A stretch of 45,397 bases of DNA from an uncultured Candidatus Actinomarina sp. (GCA_902597375.1 CACJXH010000003.1:1-45397), one strand, 5' to 3'. Numbered from the stretch's first letter, positions 9,593 through 20,619 are shown. Numbers and translations are program-made. The notes: a model not told the origin generated them from the letters alone.

Positions 9593-9615
9593 TTTAATTA
9601 TCTTTATATAAATGT

Positions 9616-9639
9616 AAAAGGGGCTGAAAAGCCCCTTTT
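9616..9639. terminator. Intrinsic terminator / stabilising hairpin after aapJ
   Basis: AAAAGGGGCT-GAAA-AGCCCCTTTT perfect stem with GNRA loop. Confidence 0.8.
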
Positions 9640-9677
9640 GCTTTGTAAGTACCATATTTATTTGATAAAATTTTATA

Positions 9678-11477
9678 ATGAAAGGCGCTCTTAAATATTT
9701 ACTATTTTTTAGAAATGTTGTTTTCTTAAAATGGTTGAGCCAAATAGTTTTTCTTGTTGGTTTTATAAGCATTGTCTTGAGATATTTAGGCAATGCATCA
9801 ACTAATTTTGCATCCACCAACATAGCGTTCTCCTGGGATTTTTTAGGAGAAACACCAGGGGTATCTATTGCAGAAGGAATGTATACCCTGCCAGTTTCTG
9901 GTTTACAGATGCTTCAAGTAGGTATGTTAAATATGCTAAGAATCACAGTTACTGGGATTTTTGCTGCAACAATTCTTGGGACAATGCTTGGTATCGCAAG
10001 ACTATCAAAAAATTATATTGTTGAAAAAAGTGCAACAGGAATATTAGAAATCGTAAGGAATGTACCACTTTTAGTTCAAATTCTTTTCTTTCAAGCCTTG
10101 ATACTTACACTACCTAGATTAGAAGTATCAGAAATTGGAACATATACAATTCATGCAAGTGCAAAAGGTATTGCATTCCCATGGCCAAATAGAGAACCTA
10201 ATGCAATTTTGTTTATGGTTTACTTTGTTTTAGTTTTATATATTACAAACCAAATTTTTAAATGGAGAGTTAGAACTCTTGAAAAAGAAGGACGAGAAAC
10301 TTATCCAACATTATGGGCAGCTATATCTTTTGTTGTACTTATTATTGTGGGTTGGTTCGGAGGTTTTAGAGTTGTTGGAATAATTGGTTTGATTGCCGGG
10401 TTTATCTCCACAGGCTTAGAGAGTGTTCCGGGAATTTTTTATCAGATTCTATTTTCGGTAATTACAGTTTTTATTGGATTCAGAGTTACTAAAAGATTTA
10501 TTGATAGCAAAAAATCTGAAGAAGCCCAAGGAATTTATAGTGATGATGATTATTTCAAAATAATATTTAATGTTGCAATAGTTGTTTTACTAGTTTTTCT
10601 TTTTCTTACATCATTTGGAGCAAGTGTTTCAAAGTTCTTGGTTGGAGATGAACTTACATATAAAGCTGATTGGGGCCTTCCTCAACTCTTTCATGGCATC
10701 GAAAATAAATTGTATTGGTTTCCAATGCATGATGTTGAAATTGAAAAAGAAAATGTAGAAATGAAAAAAGCAGAGATAATTAATTGGGTAGTTGAGCCAG
10801 GATCAAAAGTAGAAGTTGGAGATAAAATTGCCGATGCCTACATTATTAGAAAACCAAATGAAGAAAAAATAGAGTATGAAATTGTTGCTAAGTACGCAGG
10901 TACTATTGAAACCCTGTATCTTGAAGAAGGAAAATCTCTAAAAGTGGGAGAAGAATTTTATGAGATTCAAGTTACAGAAGGTGATCCATTTACACTGTCA
11001 AGACCAAGAATTGAGCAAACAGGTACAACAAAATTTAAGAGATACTCTGATGATTATGGTAAAAAGTTGTCAGTTGGTTATTTTGCAACCTGGGTAGGAG
11101 TAGTTTTATACACTGCAATATTTATATCCGAAGTAGTAAGAGCAGGCATTATGGCTGTTGCCAAAGGGCAATCTGAAGCTGGACTTTCTTTAGGTTTTAG
11201 AAGGAGTGCTCTTTTGAGGTTAATTGTTATACCCCAGGCAATTAGAGTGATGTTGCCTCCAATGGGTAACCAGTATCTAAACCTTGCAAAAAATACTTCA
11301 TTAGGTATAGCTGTAGCTTTTCCCGAAATTGTTGCTGTTGGTCAAACTTTATACAACCAGGAAGGACAAACTTTACCTGTGTTTATTGTATGGATGATCT
11401 TTTACAGTACCGTAAGTTTGACAATTTCTAGCATAATTAATTTTTACAACAGAAAACTGAAGATTGTTGAGAGATAA
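9678..11477 (+). CDS. aapQ: Amino acid ABC permease (AapQ/BztB type) with inserted lipoyl/biotinyl-like domain
   Basis: RNVPLLVQI, LYTAIFISEVVRAGI..KGQSEA, NQYLNLAKNTSL; 599 aa, longer than typical. Confidence 0.85.
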   Translation: MKGALKYLLFFRNVVFLKWLSQIVFLVGFISIVLRYLGNASTNFASTNIAFSWDFLGETPGVSIAEGMYTLPVSGLQMLQVGMLNMLRITVTGIFAATILGTMLGIARLSKNYIVEKSATGILEIVRNVPLLVQILFFQALILTLPRLEVSEIGTYTIHASAKGIAFPWPNREPNAILFMVYFVLVLYITNQIFKWRVRTLEKEGRETYPTLWAAISFVVLIIVGWFGGFRVVGIIGLIAGFISTGLESVPGIFYQILFSVITVFIGFRVTKRFIDSKKSEEAQGIYSDDDYFKIIFNVAIVVLLVFLFLTSFGASVSKFLVGDELTYKADWGLPQLFHGIENKLYWFPMHDVEIEKENVEMKKAEIINWVVEPGSKVEVGDKIADAYIIRKPNEEKIEYEIVAKYAGTIETLYLEEGKSLKVGEEFYEIQVTEGDPFTLSRPRIEQTGTTKFKRYSDDYGKKLSVGYFATWVGVVLYTAIFISEVVRAGIMAVAKGQSEAGLSLGFRRSALLRLIVIPQAIRVMLPPMGNQYLNLAKNTSLGIAVAFPEIVAVGQTLYNQEGQTLPVFIVWMIFYSTVSLTISSIINFYNRKLKIVER

Positions 11478-13280
11478 ATGAATTTAGAATATAAAAAATC
11501 AATAGCCTGGATGAGAGAAAACCTATTTTCTTCAATTCCCTCATCAATACTTACCGTAGCTACATCATTTTTTGTCTTAGGTTTCTTTAGAGGATTGTTT
11601 GGATTTGCAATGGCATCCGATAAAGACTGGCTGTCTGTCTTAAATAATATGCAACTTTATATGGTCCAGGCATATCCCGAAGAAGATTTTATTAGGGTGT
11701 GGATATCTGTAGGACTAGCTTTAGTTTTTGCTGGAATGTCTATAGGGTTGTGGAAAAGTAAAGAAGAATCATCCCTTTCTGATGTATTCTCAAAATTTCT
11801 GAAAGTTAGTTTAGCTTTTCTTTTCTTCACTGTTGTAGCACCTACGTTTTCAAGTGTTACAGACAACGATGGAATCATTCAAACAGAAGAGTCTTTCCCA
11901 ATGGAAACACGCTTACAACTGCTTATACCATCTGCAATATTAGTCGTCGTATTTTTTGTACTAAAGAATGTAAAACTTAATTACAAATTCAATAAATCAG
12001 ACTTATTATGTTTTTATTTGGCAATACCAATAGTTTTATTGTGGATTATAAAGTTACCAACAATACAGCTTGATAGCAGTAACCAAAGAATAATTCCAGA
12101 TCCCTTAATGCCAATTGCTGATACAACAAAGATTCCTTGGACTATCATTTTTGCATTATTTTTAGCTTTTTACTTTATAGGTTCTAGATTTAAAGATTCT
12201 AAAAATATGAAGAGAACAATGTCTATCTCGTGGGTTCTTTTACCATTATTTATTTTTTCATGGATTTTCAAAAAGCCAGAAATAGATCTACCAACAATTC
12301 TTGGTCAAGATATACCAATTTTTATAGGAATCTTTTTAATTGGAGCATTGACAATTACCTTTATTAACAATCCAATTGTTGAAAAATATTTTTCTATATA
12401 TTTGGGTGTATTGATTGCTATTACGGGAATAGCACTTTTTATCTCGATCCCTATTCTTCTTAAATCAGCACTCTTACTACTTGTGTTATTTACTATCGTA
12501 ATTCCAGCCGTGTCTTCATCTGCAAAAGGTAAGAGAAATCTTATTATTGTTTGGGGTGTTTCACTATTTACTTTATCTGTTTTAATTCGTGGTGGCTCTT
12601 CAGATACACAGATTATCGTACAACAACAAAGTATTTTTGGCGGCTTTTCTCTAACTTGGCTTCTTGCAATATTTGGAACTTATGTTTCATTTCCTTTGGG
12701 AGTGCTTTTAGCGTTAGGGAGAAATTCGAAACTACCAATTGTTAGACTTGTCTGTACAGGGATTATTGAATTAACTCGTTCTGTTCCTTATATTACATGG
12801 CTTTTCTTTGCCAGTGTTACCATGGCAGTTTTCTTACCAGAAGGTGTCAACTTTGAGTTAGTTGTAAGAGTGCTTATGGTAACTGCATTCTTTAGTGGAG
12901 CATATTTCGCAGAAAATATTAGAGGAGGACTTCAATCAATTCCAAAAGGACAATATGAAGCAGCTGATGCAATTGGAATGAGTCCTTTTCAAAAAACTTC
13001 ATTGATTGTAATGCCACAGGCATTAAGAGCAATTATTCCTACATTAGTTAGTAGTGCGATAACTGCATTTAAAGATTCTAGTTTGGTTACCATTATCGGT
13101 CTCATCGACTTCCTCACAATCGGTAAGGTGATAATTGGTACTCAATCAATACCAGTAAATTTTGTTGGTCATGATAGAGAGAATTTATTATTCATTGCAT
13201 TTTTCTATTGGATATTTACATTTACTCTATCCAGAAGAAGCATGAAAGTTGAAAAAAGATTAGGATTAGGAGAAAGATAA
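11478..13280 (+). CDS. aapM: Amino acid ABC permease (AapM/BztC type), expanded TM region
   Basis: WMRENLFSS N-terminus, PLGVLLALGR, AENIRGGLQSIPKGQYEAA EAA loop. Confidence 0.85.
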   Translation: MNLEYKKSIAWMRENLFSSIPSSILTVATSFFVLGFFRGLFGFAMASDKDWLSVLNNMQLYMVQAYPEEDFIRVWISVGLALVFAGMSIGLWKSKEESSLSDVFSKFLKVSLAFLFFTVVAPTFSSVTDNDGIIQTEESFPMETRLQLLIPSAILVVVFFVLKNVKLNYKFNKSDLLCFYLAIPIVLLWIIKLPTIQLDSSNQRIIPDPLMPIADTTKIPWTIIFALFLAFYFIGSRFKDSKNMKRTMSISWVLLPLFIFSWIFKKPEIDLPTILGQDIPIFIGIFLIGALTITFINNPIVEKYFSIYLGVLIAITGIALFISIPILLKSALLLLVLFTIVIPAVSSSAKGKRNLIIVWGVSLFTLSVLIRGGSSDTQIIVQQQSIFGGFSLTWLLAIFGTYVSFPLGVLLALGRNSKLPIVRLVCTGIIELTRSVPYITWLFFASVTMAVFLPEGVNFELVVRVLMVTAFFSGAYFAENIRGGLQSIPKGQYEAADAIGMSPFQKTSLIVMPQALRAIIPTLVSSAITAFKDSSLVTIIGLIDFLTIGKVIIGTQSIPVNFVGHDRENLLFIAFFYWIFTFTLSRRSMKVEKRLGLGER

Positions 13281-13283
13281 TTT

Positions 13284-14012
13284 ATGAGCATTATTAAAAC
13301 AAACGATGTTAAAAAATGGTTTGGAGACTTCCAAGCTCTTAAAGGCATTTCTATGGAAGTGCAAGAAGGTGAAGTATTAGTTATTTGTGGACCATCAGGT
13401 TCAGGAAAATCAACCTTTATTAGATGTATTAACAGACTAGAACAACACCAAGAAGGTGAAATTATTGTTGATGGAATTGAATTAACTAATGACCTTAAAA
13501 ACATTGAGGCAATTAGATCAGAAGTAGGTATGGTTTTTCAAAGTTTCAATCTTTTTCCTCACTTAACAGTAATGCAAAACATTACTCTTGCCCCAATTTG
13601 GGTAAGAAAAAAGAGCAGAAGTGAGTCAGAAGAAAAAGCTATGGAACTTTTGACAAGAGTTGGTATCCCAGAACAGGCCTCAAAATTTCCGGGCCAATTA
13701 TCAGGTGGCCAGCAACAAAGGGTGGCAATAGCAAGAGCACTAGCTATGGAACCAAAAATAATGCTTTTTGATGAGCCAACATCAGCACTTGACCCAGAGA
13801 TGATAAAAGAAGTATTAGATGCGATGAAAGAACTAGCTCTATCTGGAATGACTATGATTGTTGTTACTCACGAAATGGGATTCGCTAAAGAAGTTGCTGA
13901 CAGGGTCATGTTATTTGACGAAGGCCTTATGGTTGAGGAAAATACTCCTACAGAATTTTTTGATAATCCACAAAACGACAGGACAAAGCTGTTCTTAAGT
14001 CAAATTCTTTAG
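13284..14012 (+). CDS. aapP: Amino acid ABC transporter ATP-binding protein
   Basis: [27 protein letters not shown]. Confidence 0.92.
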   Translation: MSIIKTNDVKKWFGDFQALKGISMEVQEGEVLVICGPSGSGKSTFIRCINRLEQHQEGEIIVDGIELTNDLKNIEAIRSEVGMVFQSFNLFPHLTVMQNITLAPIWVRKKSRSESEEKAMELLTRVGIPEQASKFPGQLSGGQQQRVAIARALAMEPKIMLFDEPTSALDPEMIKEVLDAMKELALSGMTMIVVTHEMGFAKEVADRVMLFDEGLMVEENTPTEFFDNPQNDRTKLFLSQIL

Positions 14013-15148
14013 AGTTGATCCCACAGATTTTTTTCTGCTAAATCAATAATTGTTGCACCCATTCCATAAGCTCCATCAAATATAGCTTTATGACCACCAT
14101 CTTTAATCGTAGCCGCTGCAAATTCAGGCTGATGGTTAACGGCATCTCCTGAGTCGATAGCCAACATTGGATGAATAGATGGCATTGCAAATGATATATT
14201 TCCCATGTCCGTAGACCCTAAACCAAGTTTTGCCGGATCTTGTAAAGGCATATCTCTACCAATGTCGTTACAATTTTCCATAAACAATTTGAACATAGTC
14301 TCATTATTCAAAATTTCCTGGTATCTAAAATCTGGAGAGGTAACATCCGATTTACATTTGGTTGCTATGGCCGCTCCATTTACAAAATTTAAAAAATCTT
14401 GTTCCAACTTGTTCAAACCTTCTTCATTTAAAGATCTAAGGTACCATTCTGATGAAGTATAAGATGGAATAATGTTCGGCTTAAACCCTCCATCTTTTAT
14501 TACCCCATGCATCCTGTCAGTTCTTAACATTTGTTGACGATAGGTAGAAGCATTCACAAATAGTTGTATTTGGGCATCCAATGCATTTATACCCTCCTCT
14601 GGAGCACCAGCAGCATGGGCATCTTTACCAAAGAATTCAACTTTATATTGTTGTATTGTTGAAAAAGTAGGATTGGCAACATCATATGGACCAGGGTGAA
14701 TCATCATCGAACATTTGGCATCTTCAAATGCTCCATTGTCTAATAAAATTATTTTTCCACCCCCACCTTCTTCTGCAGGAGTTCCTAGTAACTTGACTCT
14801 GATACCTAGTTGGTCGACAAGATTTCTCAAACCTAATCCAGCTCCAATAGAGCAAGTCGCAATTATGTTGTGGCCACAGGCATGCCCAATTTCTGGCAAG
14901 GCATCATATTCGACACAAAGAACAACAAGAGGCCCATCTTTACCAAAAGTTACTTCAAAAGCTGTATCAAGACCATAAGTTGGATGTGCGACTTGAGGAT
15001 CATATTTTTTTATGTAGTTAACGAGATACTTCGACGTTTCAAACTCTTCAAAAGCTAGTTCTGGATTTTCGTACATCCAGTCATTCACTTCAATGAGGCT
15101 TTTATGTAAAGATTCTAATTCAGATTTAAATTCTTCTTTAATTGTCAT
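14009..15148 (-). CDS. M20 family amidohydrolase (ACY1L2/AbgB-like)
   Basis: [38 protein letters not shown]. Confidence 0.9.
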   Translation of the reverse strand: MTIKEEFKSELESLHKSLIEVNDWMYENPELAFEEFETSKYLVNYIKKYDPQVAHPTYGLDTAFEVTFGKDGPLVVLCVEYDALPEIGHACGHNIIATCSIGAGLGLRNLVDQLGIRVKLLGTPAEEGGGGKIILLDNGAFEDAKCSMMIHPGPYDVANPTFSTIQQYKVEFFGKDAHAAGAPEEGINALDAQIQLFVNASTYRQQMLRTDRMHGVIKDGGFKPNIIPSYTSSEWYLRSLNEEGLNKLEQDFLNFVNGAAIATKCKSDVTSPDFRYQEILNNETMFKLFMENCNDIGRDMPLQDPAKLGLGSTDMGNISFAMPSIHPMLAIDSGDAVNHQPEFAAATIKDGGHKAIFDGAYGMGATIIDLAEKNLWDQL

Positions 15149-16410
15149 GAATCAAGCTTACTAAAATAACCTAAATTATACGAAGAGGAAACGTTCCAAA
15201 TTATCCAATCCAAATTTTTATCTTCAGCTGCGCGAATATTTTCTTGTACTTCAGCGTCAGAATGCCAAAACCCCTGTAAAAATGGTCTTAATTTAATTTC
15301 TTCAACACCTCTATCTAATGCATCATCTAAAGCTGAGGTAATGACCCCATATGGGTTTCTGTTCGGGTTTTGATATCCAAATGAACCTTTACTGTAATGT
15401 GATGGATAAACCATTGGTGATAAGAAGTCAACGTTTTCGATAATTGTTTCAAGATTTTGACCAATTCCTCCATCAAATTTATTTGTTAAAATAAATCCAA
15501 ATACATCTGCCGACACAAAACATCCAAGACTGTTTATTTCTTTTTTGGCAATCATAAGAAAACTATTAATATTTTTTATTCTGTTATCGTAATTATTTTC
15601 ATCTTTGAAAACCATATACTTGTAGTTCGAATCTGGATATCTAATATAGTCAAACTGGATTTCGTCAAACCCTAATTCGCATGCTTCCTTTGCGATATTG
15701 ATTACATAGTTTCTTGCCTTTTCACTACCGGGATCAATAAAATATTGACCATCTTGGGAATATATCTTGTTTTTATATGAATCAAATACTGCTTCATCCG
15801 GATAATTTTTAGCAAATAACGGATCTTGAAAAACAACAACTCTTCCTATTAAGTAAAGATCATTTTTATCTTTTAAAGTATTTAATGTTTCACTGTTATA
15901 TTTACTTCTAACATTTGACATTTCTACAGCAAGTTCATTAACAGAATCAAATAAAATATGTCCATTATCAGTTTTTACATCAATGACAAGGCTATTGACA
16001 TTTGTATTATCTAAGATGTTGTTGATTATTTCTAACTTTGAATTATTGGTCATGTGGTAGCCATTGAGGTAAATTCCTCTGACTCCTCCATGCTTTTCTC
16101 TAAATTGAGAAAATTTTTGTTGTTGTATTAAAAAAGTAATTTCTTGATTGAGAACAACTAGCTCTTCATTCAAATCTGAGATTAGTTTTGAACTAAACTG
16201 TTGTTCTTTATTAGCTATGTCTGCATCGATTTTATTTGTATCAATACTATTAATAGTTTTTGATATCTCTACAGCAACATCTCTTTTGTATATGGTTGTG
16301 TTCGTGACTATTTGATTATTAGATATTTCACTGTTTATATCTCTTGAAAAATAATTTGTAATGGCAAATGCCAATACAAACACAAGAAAAAAATTTGTTA
16401 CCCTGTTCAT
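15145..16410 (-). CDS. Putative secreted glycoside hydrolase (DUF4015-like TIM barrel)
   Basis: Signal/TM N-terminus; VIDVKTDNG, GFDEIQFDYIRYPD, SPMVYPSHY, RPFLQ. Confidence 0.75.
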   Translation of the reverse strand: MNRVTNFFLVFVLAFAITNYFSRDINSEISNNQIVTNTTIYKRDVAVEISKTINSIDTNKIDADIANKEQQFSSKLISDLNEELVVLNQEITFLIQQQKFSQFREKHGGVRGIYLNGYHMTNNSKLEIINNILDNTNVNSLVIDVKTDNGHILFDSVNELAVEMSNVRSKYNSETLNTLKDKNDLYLIGRVVVFQDPLFAKNYPDEAVFDSYKNKIYSQDGQYFIDPGSEKARNYVINIAKEACELGFDEIQFDYIRYPDSNYKYMVFKDENNYDNRIKNINSFLMIAKKEINSLGCFVSADVFGFILTNKFDGGIGQNLETIIENVDFLSPMVYPSHYSKGSFGYQNPNRNPYGVITSALDDALDRGVEEIKLRPFLQGFWHSDAEVQENIRAAEDKNLDWIIWNVSSSYNLGYFSKLDS

Positions 16411-16467
16411 CTTCTTATTTTAAGAATACTTATTAATTTCTTTCAAAGCTAGTTTTATAATATCTAT

Positions 16468-17214
16468 ATGCAAAATTCGAGATATCAAAAAGTTGAGAAG
16501 TTTTATGAAGTTCCTGTTTTTGTTGCAGTTGTATTACTAATACCTGTAATAATCATTGAATATAGAAGTTCAGGACTAAAGGAATTTGCAAACTATCTCA
16601 ATTGGGGTATATGGATTGTATTTTTATTGGAGTACGTCCACTTACTAATTCTTTCTGAAAACAAAAAAGATTATGTTCTAAATCACAAATTGGAACTTTT
16701 TATTGTAATTGGCTCAATACCATTTGTTCCCCAAGGATTAGAATCATCGAGATTTCTACGTTTTGTAAGACTACCAAGACTACTTAGAGTATTACAGTTA
16801 TTTAGACTTGCAGTTGTAGTTGCAAAATTCGGAGCAGATATAAAAGCTATTTTTAATAGCAGGGGACTCAGGTCAATTGTTTATGCAACTATATTTTTAA
16901 TAATTTTCTTTGGATTCCTTTTCTTTGTTTCAGAACCTGAGGTTGAAACATTTAGTGATGGAATATGGTGGGCTTTGGTTACCATTACAACTGTTGGGTA
17001 TGGAGATATAACGCCCTATACGACACTAGGAAGAATTGTTGCAAGTTCCTTAATGATTTTAGGCATTGGATTTATAGCAACAATAACAGCAACTGTTTCT
17101 GCTTATTTCTTATCGAATTTTGGAGAAAAACAAACTACTCTTGATGATGTTCTTATTAAGCTTGAAAAAATTGAAAATGAAATAGAAAAAATAAAGGAAG
17201 AAAAAAATGAATGA
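16468..17214 (+). CDS. Voltage-gated-type potassium channel
   Basis: S4-like RFLRFVRLPRLLR; pore WWALVTITTVGYGD; coiled-coil tail. Confidence 0.9.
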   Translation: MQNSRYQKVEKFYEVPVFVAVVLLIPVIIIEYRSSGLKEFANYLNWGIWIVFLLEYVHLLILSENKKDYVLNHKLELFIVIGSIPFVPQGLESSRFLRFVRLPRLLRVLQLFRLAVVVAKFGADIKAIFNSRGLRSIVYATIFLIIFFGFLFFVSEPEVETFSDGIWWALVTITTVGYGDITPYTTLGRIVASSLMILGIGFIATITATVSAYFLSNFGEKQTTLDDVLIKLEKIENEIEKIKEEKNE

Positions 17215-18895
17215 GGCATTAAGTAAGTTAGCAGATGATTTCTTTAAAAATACTTTAAATTCATCCCCAACATCTGCAATCATGAGAGGATACAGGGAAT
17301 ACTTTGATCAAATCGAAGAACTAACTGAAGCCAGATTTGATCAAAACTTAAAAGATTTAGATAAGTTTGAAAAAAGATTAAACGAGATAGATTTCAATAA
17401 TTTATCAAATAAGGAAAAAGTTACCCACGGAATGTTGGAGTATGCTTTTGGATCAAACAAAGATTCATTACTTGATAAAAGCTGGGAGTTTGGAGCTGGA
17501 GTTTCTGGTTTTACAGGCTATTTGATTGATTACAACCAGCAAATGTTTATTCCTGATTTAGAATCTGCAGACCTTTTATTGAAGAGATTAGAACTATATA
17601 ATCAATTCTTTAATCAAGTGTCTTTAGTTCAAAAGAAGGGTTTAGATGGAAATAGAGTAGCAACTGAAAGAAACATATTAAGGACAATCGACCAAATTGA
17701 AAGCTATCTAAAAACATCGTTAGAAGAGGATCCTCTTTTATTAGTAAATTTTTCTCCCGAAGTCTCTGAAGAAGATGTAATCAACTGGAAAGAAAAAGCA
17801 AAATTAATCATTGACGGCTATGTGAGGCCAAGTGTTAATACATATCTTGAACAACTCAAATCTGAGCATTTACCAAAAGGAAGATCGGATATGAATCCCG
17901 GGATAATGTGGATTGAGGGTGGTGACGATATTTATTTAAGAAGTTTAAGAAAATTTACAGGAAATAAAGACATAACTGTCCAACAAGTACATGAAACAGG
18001 CTTATCTGAGATTAAAAGACTAAAAAAAGAATTTCTTGAAATTGGAAAAAAAGTTTTTAAAGATGTAACAACTCCAGAAGAAGTTATCTATAAGATGCAA
18101 ACTGAACCATCGATGCGCTTTGAAAGTAAAGAACAGATGCTTCAAATGGCTGAAGATACTATTAAAAGAGCATATGAACCACTTGCTGATTGGTTTACAG
18201 TATTTCCAAAAGCCCCTTGCAATGTTTTGCCAGTGCCCGAAGAGTCAGAAAAACACGCTCCACCAGCCTACTACTATTCACCTTTGCCGGATGGTTCAAG
18301 AGATGGAACTTATTTTTTAAATACATATAAACCAGAAACAAAAAGTATTTTTGAAGCTGAATCCGTTGCTTTTCATGAAGCAATACCAGGACATCATCTT
18401 GATAGAACAATTGCTGTAGAGCTTAAAAATGTTCCTGACTTTCAGAGGTATACAGCCTCCACTGCCTTTGTAGAGGGGTGGGGTTTATATTCTGAACAGC
18501 TAGCAAACGAAATGGGCTTATATTCAAATGATGTTCAACAACTTGGAAGACTTGGTAATGATGCTTGGAGAGCATGCAGGCTAGTATTAGATACAGGAAT
18601 GCACGGAATGGGTTGGTCAAGAGATTCAGCAATTGATTTTTTCAGAAGTAACTCACCAATTGAAGAAATAAATGCAAATATAGAAACCGACAGATACATT
18701 GCATGGCCAGGTCAAGCCTGCTCGTATAAAATGGGACAATTAACAATTGAGCAACTTCGAAAAAAGGCCGAAGAAGAGCTTGGTGAAAAATTTGATATAA
18801 GATATTTTCACGATGAAGTTTTATGTGACGGTGGAATTACACTCCCAATTCTAGAAAATAAAATTGATAGTTTTATTGAAAAATTTAGAAATTAG
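17207..18895 (+). CDS. DUF885 family protein (putative metallopeptidase)
   Basis: HEAIPGHH, FVEGWGLYSE, RLVLDTGMH, PGQACSYKMG. Confidence 0.9.
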   Translation: MNEALSKLADDFFKNTLNSSPTSAIMRGYREYFDQIEELTEARFDQNLKDLDKFEKRLNEIDFNNLSNKEKVTHGMLEYAFGSNKDSLLDKSWEFGAGVSGFTGYLIDYNQQMFIPDLESADLLLKRLELYNQFFNQVSLVQKKGLDGNRVATERNILRTIDQIESYLKTSLEEDPLLLVNFSPEVSEEDVINWKEKAKLIIDGYVRPSVNTYLEQLKSEHLPKGRSDMNPGIMWIEGGDDIYLRSLRKFTGNKDITVQQVHETGLSEIKRLKKEFLEIGKKVFKDVTTPEEVIYKMQTEPSMRFESKEQMLQMAEDTIKRAYEPLADWFTVFPKAPCNVLPVPEESEKHAPPAYYYSPLPDGSRDGTYFLNTYKPETKSIFEAESVAFHEAIPGHHLDRTIAVELKNVPDFQRYTASTAFVEGWGLYSEQLANEMGLYSNDVQQLGRLGNDAWRACRLVLDTGMHGMGWSRDSAIDFFRSNSPIEEINANIETDRYIAWPGQACSYKMGQLTIEQLRKKAEEELGEKFDIRYFHDEVLCDGGITLPILENKIDSFIEKFRN

Positions 18896-19279
18896 TTATT
18901 TACGGATTGATTTATCTGTTTTCTTAACAATTTCATTTTTATAGCTTTTATGAATCTCTTTTTCTTTGAGTCTTGATTGAGTTTTTTGATTTGTTATTTC
19001 ATTTTCTAAAGCAATTAATTTTGCCTGGAGATTTTCAATTTTATCTTTCATTTCATAAATTATTTTTATCCCATCTAAATTTATACCTCGTTGAGATAGC
19101 TCTTGAATTTGAATCAATTTATCAATATCTTGTTGAGAATAGCGCCTAGTACCTCCACCTGTTCTGTAAGGTTTAATAAGACCTTTGTTTTCATAGGTTC
19201 TAATTGTTTGTTGATGTATTCCAGACAAAGAAGATGCAACTGAAATAAAATATATAGCGTTTGATTCTTCGCTACTCAT
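18896..19279 (-). CDS. hspR: MerR-family heat-shock repressor HspR
   Basis: YFISVASSLSGIHQQTIRTYE..RTGGGTRRYS; last gene of the dnaK operon. Confidence 0.9.
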   Translation of the reverse strand: MSSEESNAIYFISVASSLSGIHQQTIRTYENKGLIKPYRTGGGTRRYSQQDIDKLIQIQELSQRGINLDGIKIIYEMKDKIENLQAKLIALENEITNQKTQSRLKEKEIHKSYKNEIVKKTDKSIRK

Positions 19280-20141
19280 CTAAATACTTTCTTGGAGAAT
19301 CACCCGATTCAAATTGATCTCGAAATTTTTCTAAATGTTTTTTTGCAGATCTTGATAAGTTTGTTGGAGGTATTATAAATACTTTCACATACAAGTCTCC
19401 TGATCTTCTACCTTGTGGTGTAATACCTTCACCTCTAATTTTAAATGTCTTACCACTTGGGGTACCTGAAGGAATCTTCAATGTAACAGATTTAGTTAAT
19501 GTTGGAATTCTTATGCTTGAACCCAATGCAGCTTCTGTAAACAAAAGAGGAACCTCAAGAATTAGATCCATGTTATTTCTCTTAAAGAATTTATGTGGCT
19601 CTACAGATACTTGAACTAATAAATCTCCATCAGGAGCACCAGCTGCACCAGGACCACCTCGACCTCTAAGCCTAATTACACTCCCATTGTCAACGCCGGC
19701 TGGAACTTTAACTTTAATTGATTCGTTTTCGAGGGGAAGCACAACTTCAATTCCTGATGCAGCCTCTGTAAATGAAATATTAATATTAGTTTGATACGTC
19801 TGACCTTTCCTTCGGCCACCAAATCCAAATATATCTCCTAAATTTTCAAATATATCTCCAAAGTCATCTACTGTAAACCCCTGGCTTGTGAAGCCACCAA
19901 ACCCTGAAGCACCCATTGATCTTATCTGATCATATTCTTGTTTCTTTCTTTCATCTCCAAGCACTGAATGAGCTTCAGAGACCTCTTTAAATCTTTTTTC
20001 TGCTTCTAAGTCTCCAGGATTAAGATCTGGATGATTTTCACGAGCTAATTTTTTATACGCTTTTTTTATTTCTGAAATGGAGGCATCTTGAGGAATACCT
20101 AATGTAGCGTAGAAATTCTTATCTAACCAGTCTCTACTCAC
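19272..20141 (-). CDS. dnaJ: DnaJ co-chaperone lacking the zinc-finger region
   Basis: HPD J-domain, G/F region, C-terminal domain; no Cys in the protein. Confidence 0.9.
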   Translation of the reverse strand: MSRDWLDKNFYATLGIPQDASISEIKKAYKKLARENHPDLNPGDLEAEKRFKEVSEAHSVLGDERKKQEYDQIRSMGASGFGGFTSQGFTVDDFGDIFENLGDIFGFGGRRKGQTYQTNINISFTEAASGIEVVLPLENESIKVKVPAGVDNGSVIRLRGRGGPGAAGAPDGDLLVQVSVEPHKFFKRNNMDLILEVPLLFTEAALGSSIRIPTLTKSVTLKIPSGTPSGKTFKIRGEGITPQGRRSGDLYVKVFIIPPTNLSRSAKKHLEKFRDQFESGDSPRKYLDE

Positions 20142-20619
20142 TTTTAACTTTTACCATAGCAGGGCGTATTAAGTTGCCTTGAAAAAGGTATCCTTTCCTA
20201 AGAACACTTTCAACCTTTTGTGAGTCCCCATTACCACTGTGTTCAACGGCTTCGTGTATGTTTGGATCAAAATCTTCTCCGTGAGCTCCAATCTCTTCTA
20301 TTTGTAAAGAGTTCAAAACTGTTGAAAGCATATTTCCCAAAGTTTTAATTTCTTCATTTACATTATCTTGTGACAAAGCTATTTCAAAATTATCAATGAG
20401 AGGAAAGAGACTTTCTACAAAGTAAGCTATCGACGCATTCCCAATACTGTCTCTTTCTTTCTCTGATCTTTTTTTAAAGTTATCAAAATCTGCAGCAAGT
20501 CTGAGATACTCATCTTTAATTTTTTCATATTCAGACAAAGCAACTTTTTCTTCTGACTTGGAACCAGCTTCGGATATAGAGTCCTCAATATCCTCAGTAG
20601 ATGATTCTTCTTTATTCAT
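20134..20619 (-). CDS. grpE: Nucleotide exchange factor GrpE
   Basis: [31 protein letters not shown]. Confidence 0.93.
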   Translation of the reverse strand: MNKEESSTEDIEDSISEAGSKSEEKVALSEYEKIKDEYLRLAADFDNFKKRSEKERDSIGNASIAYFVESLFPLIDNFEIALSQDNVNEEIKTLGNMLSTVLNSLQIEEIGAHGEDFDPNIHEAVEHSGNGDSQKVESVLRKGYLFQGNLIRPAMVKVKSE

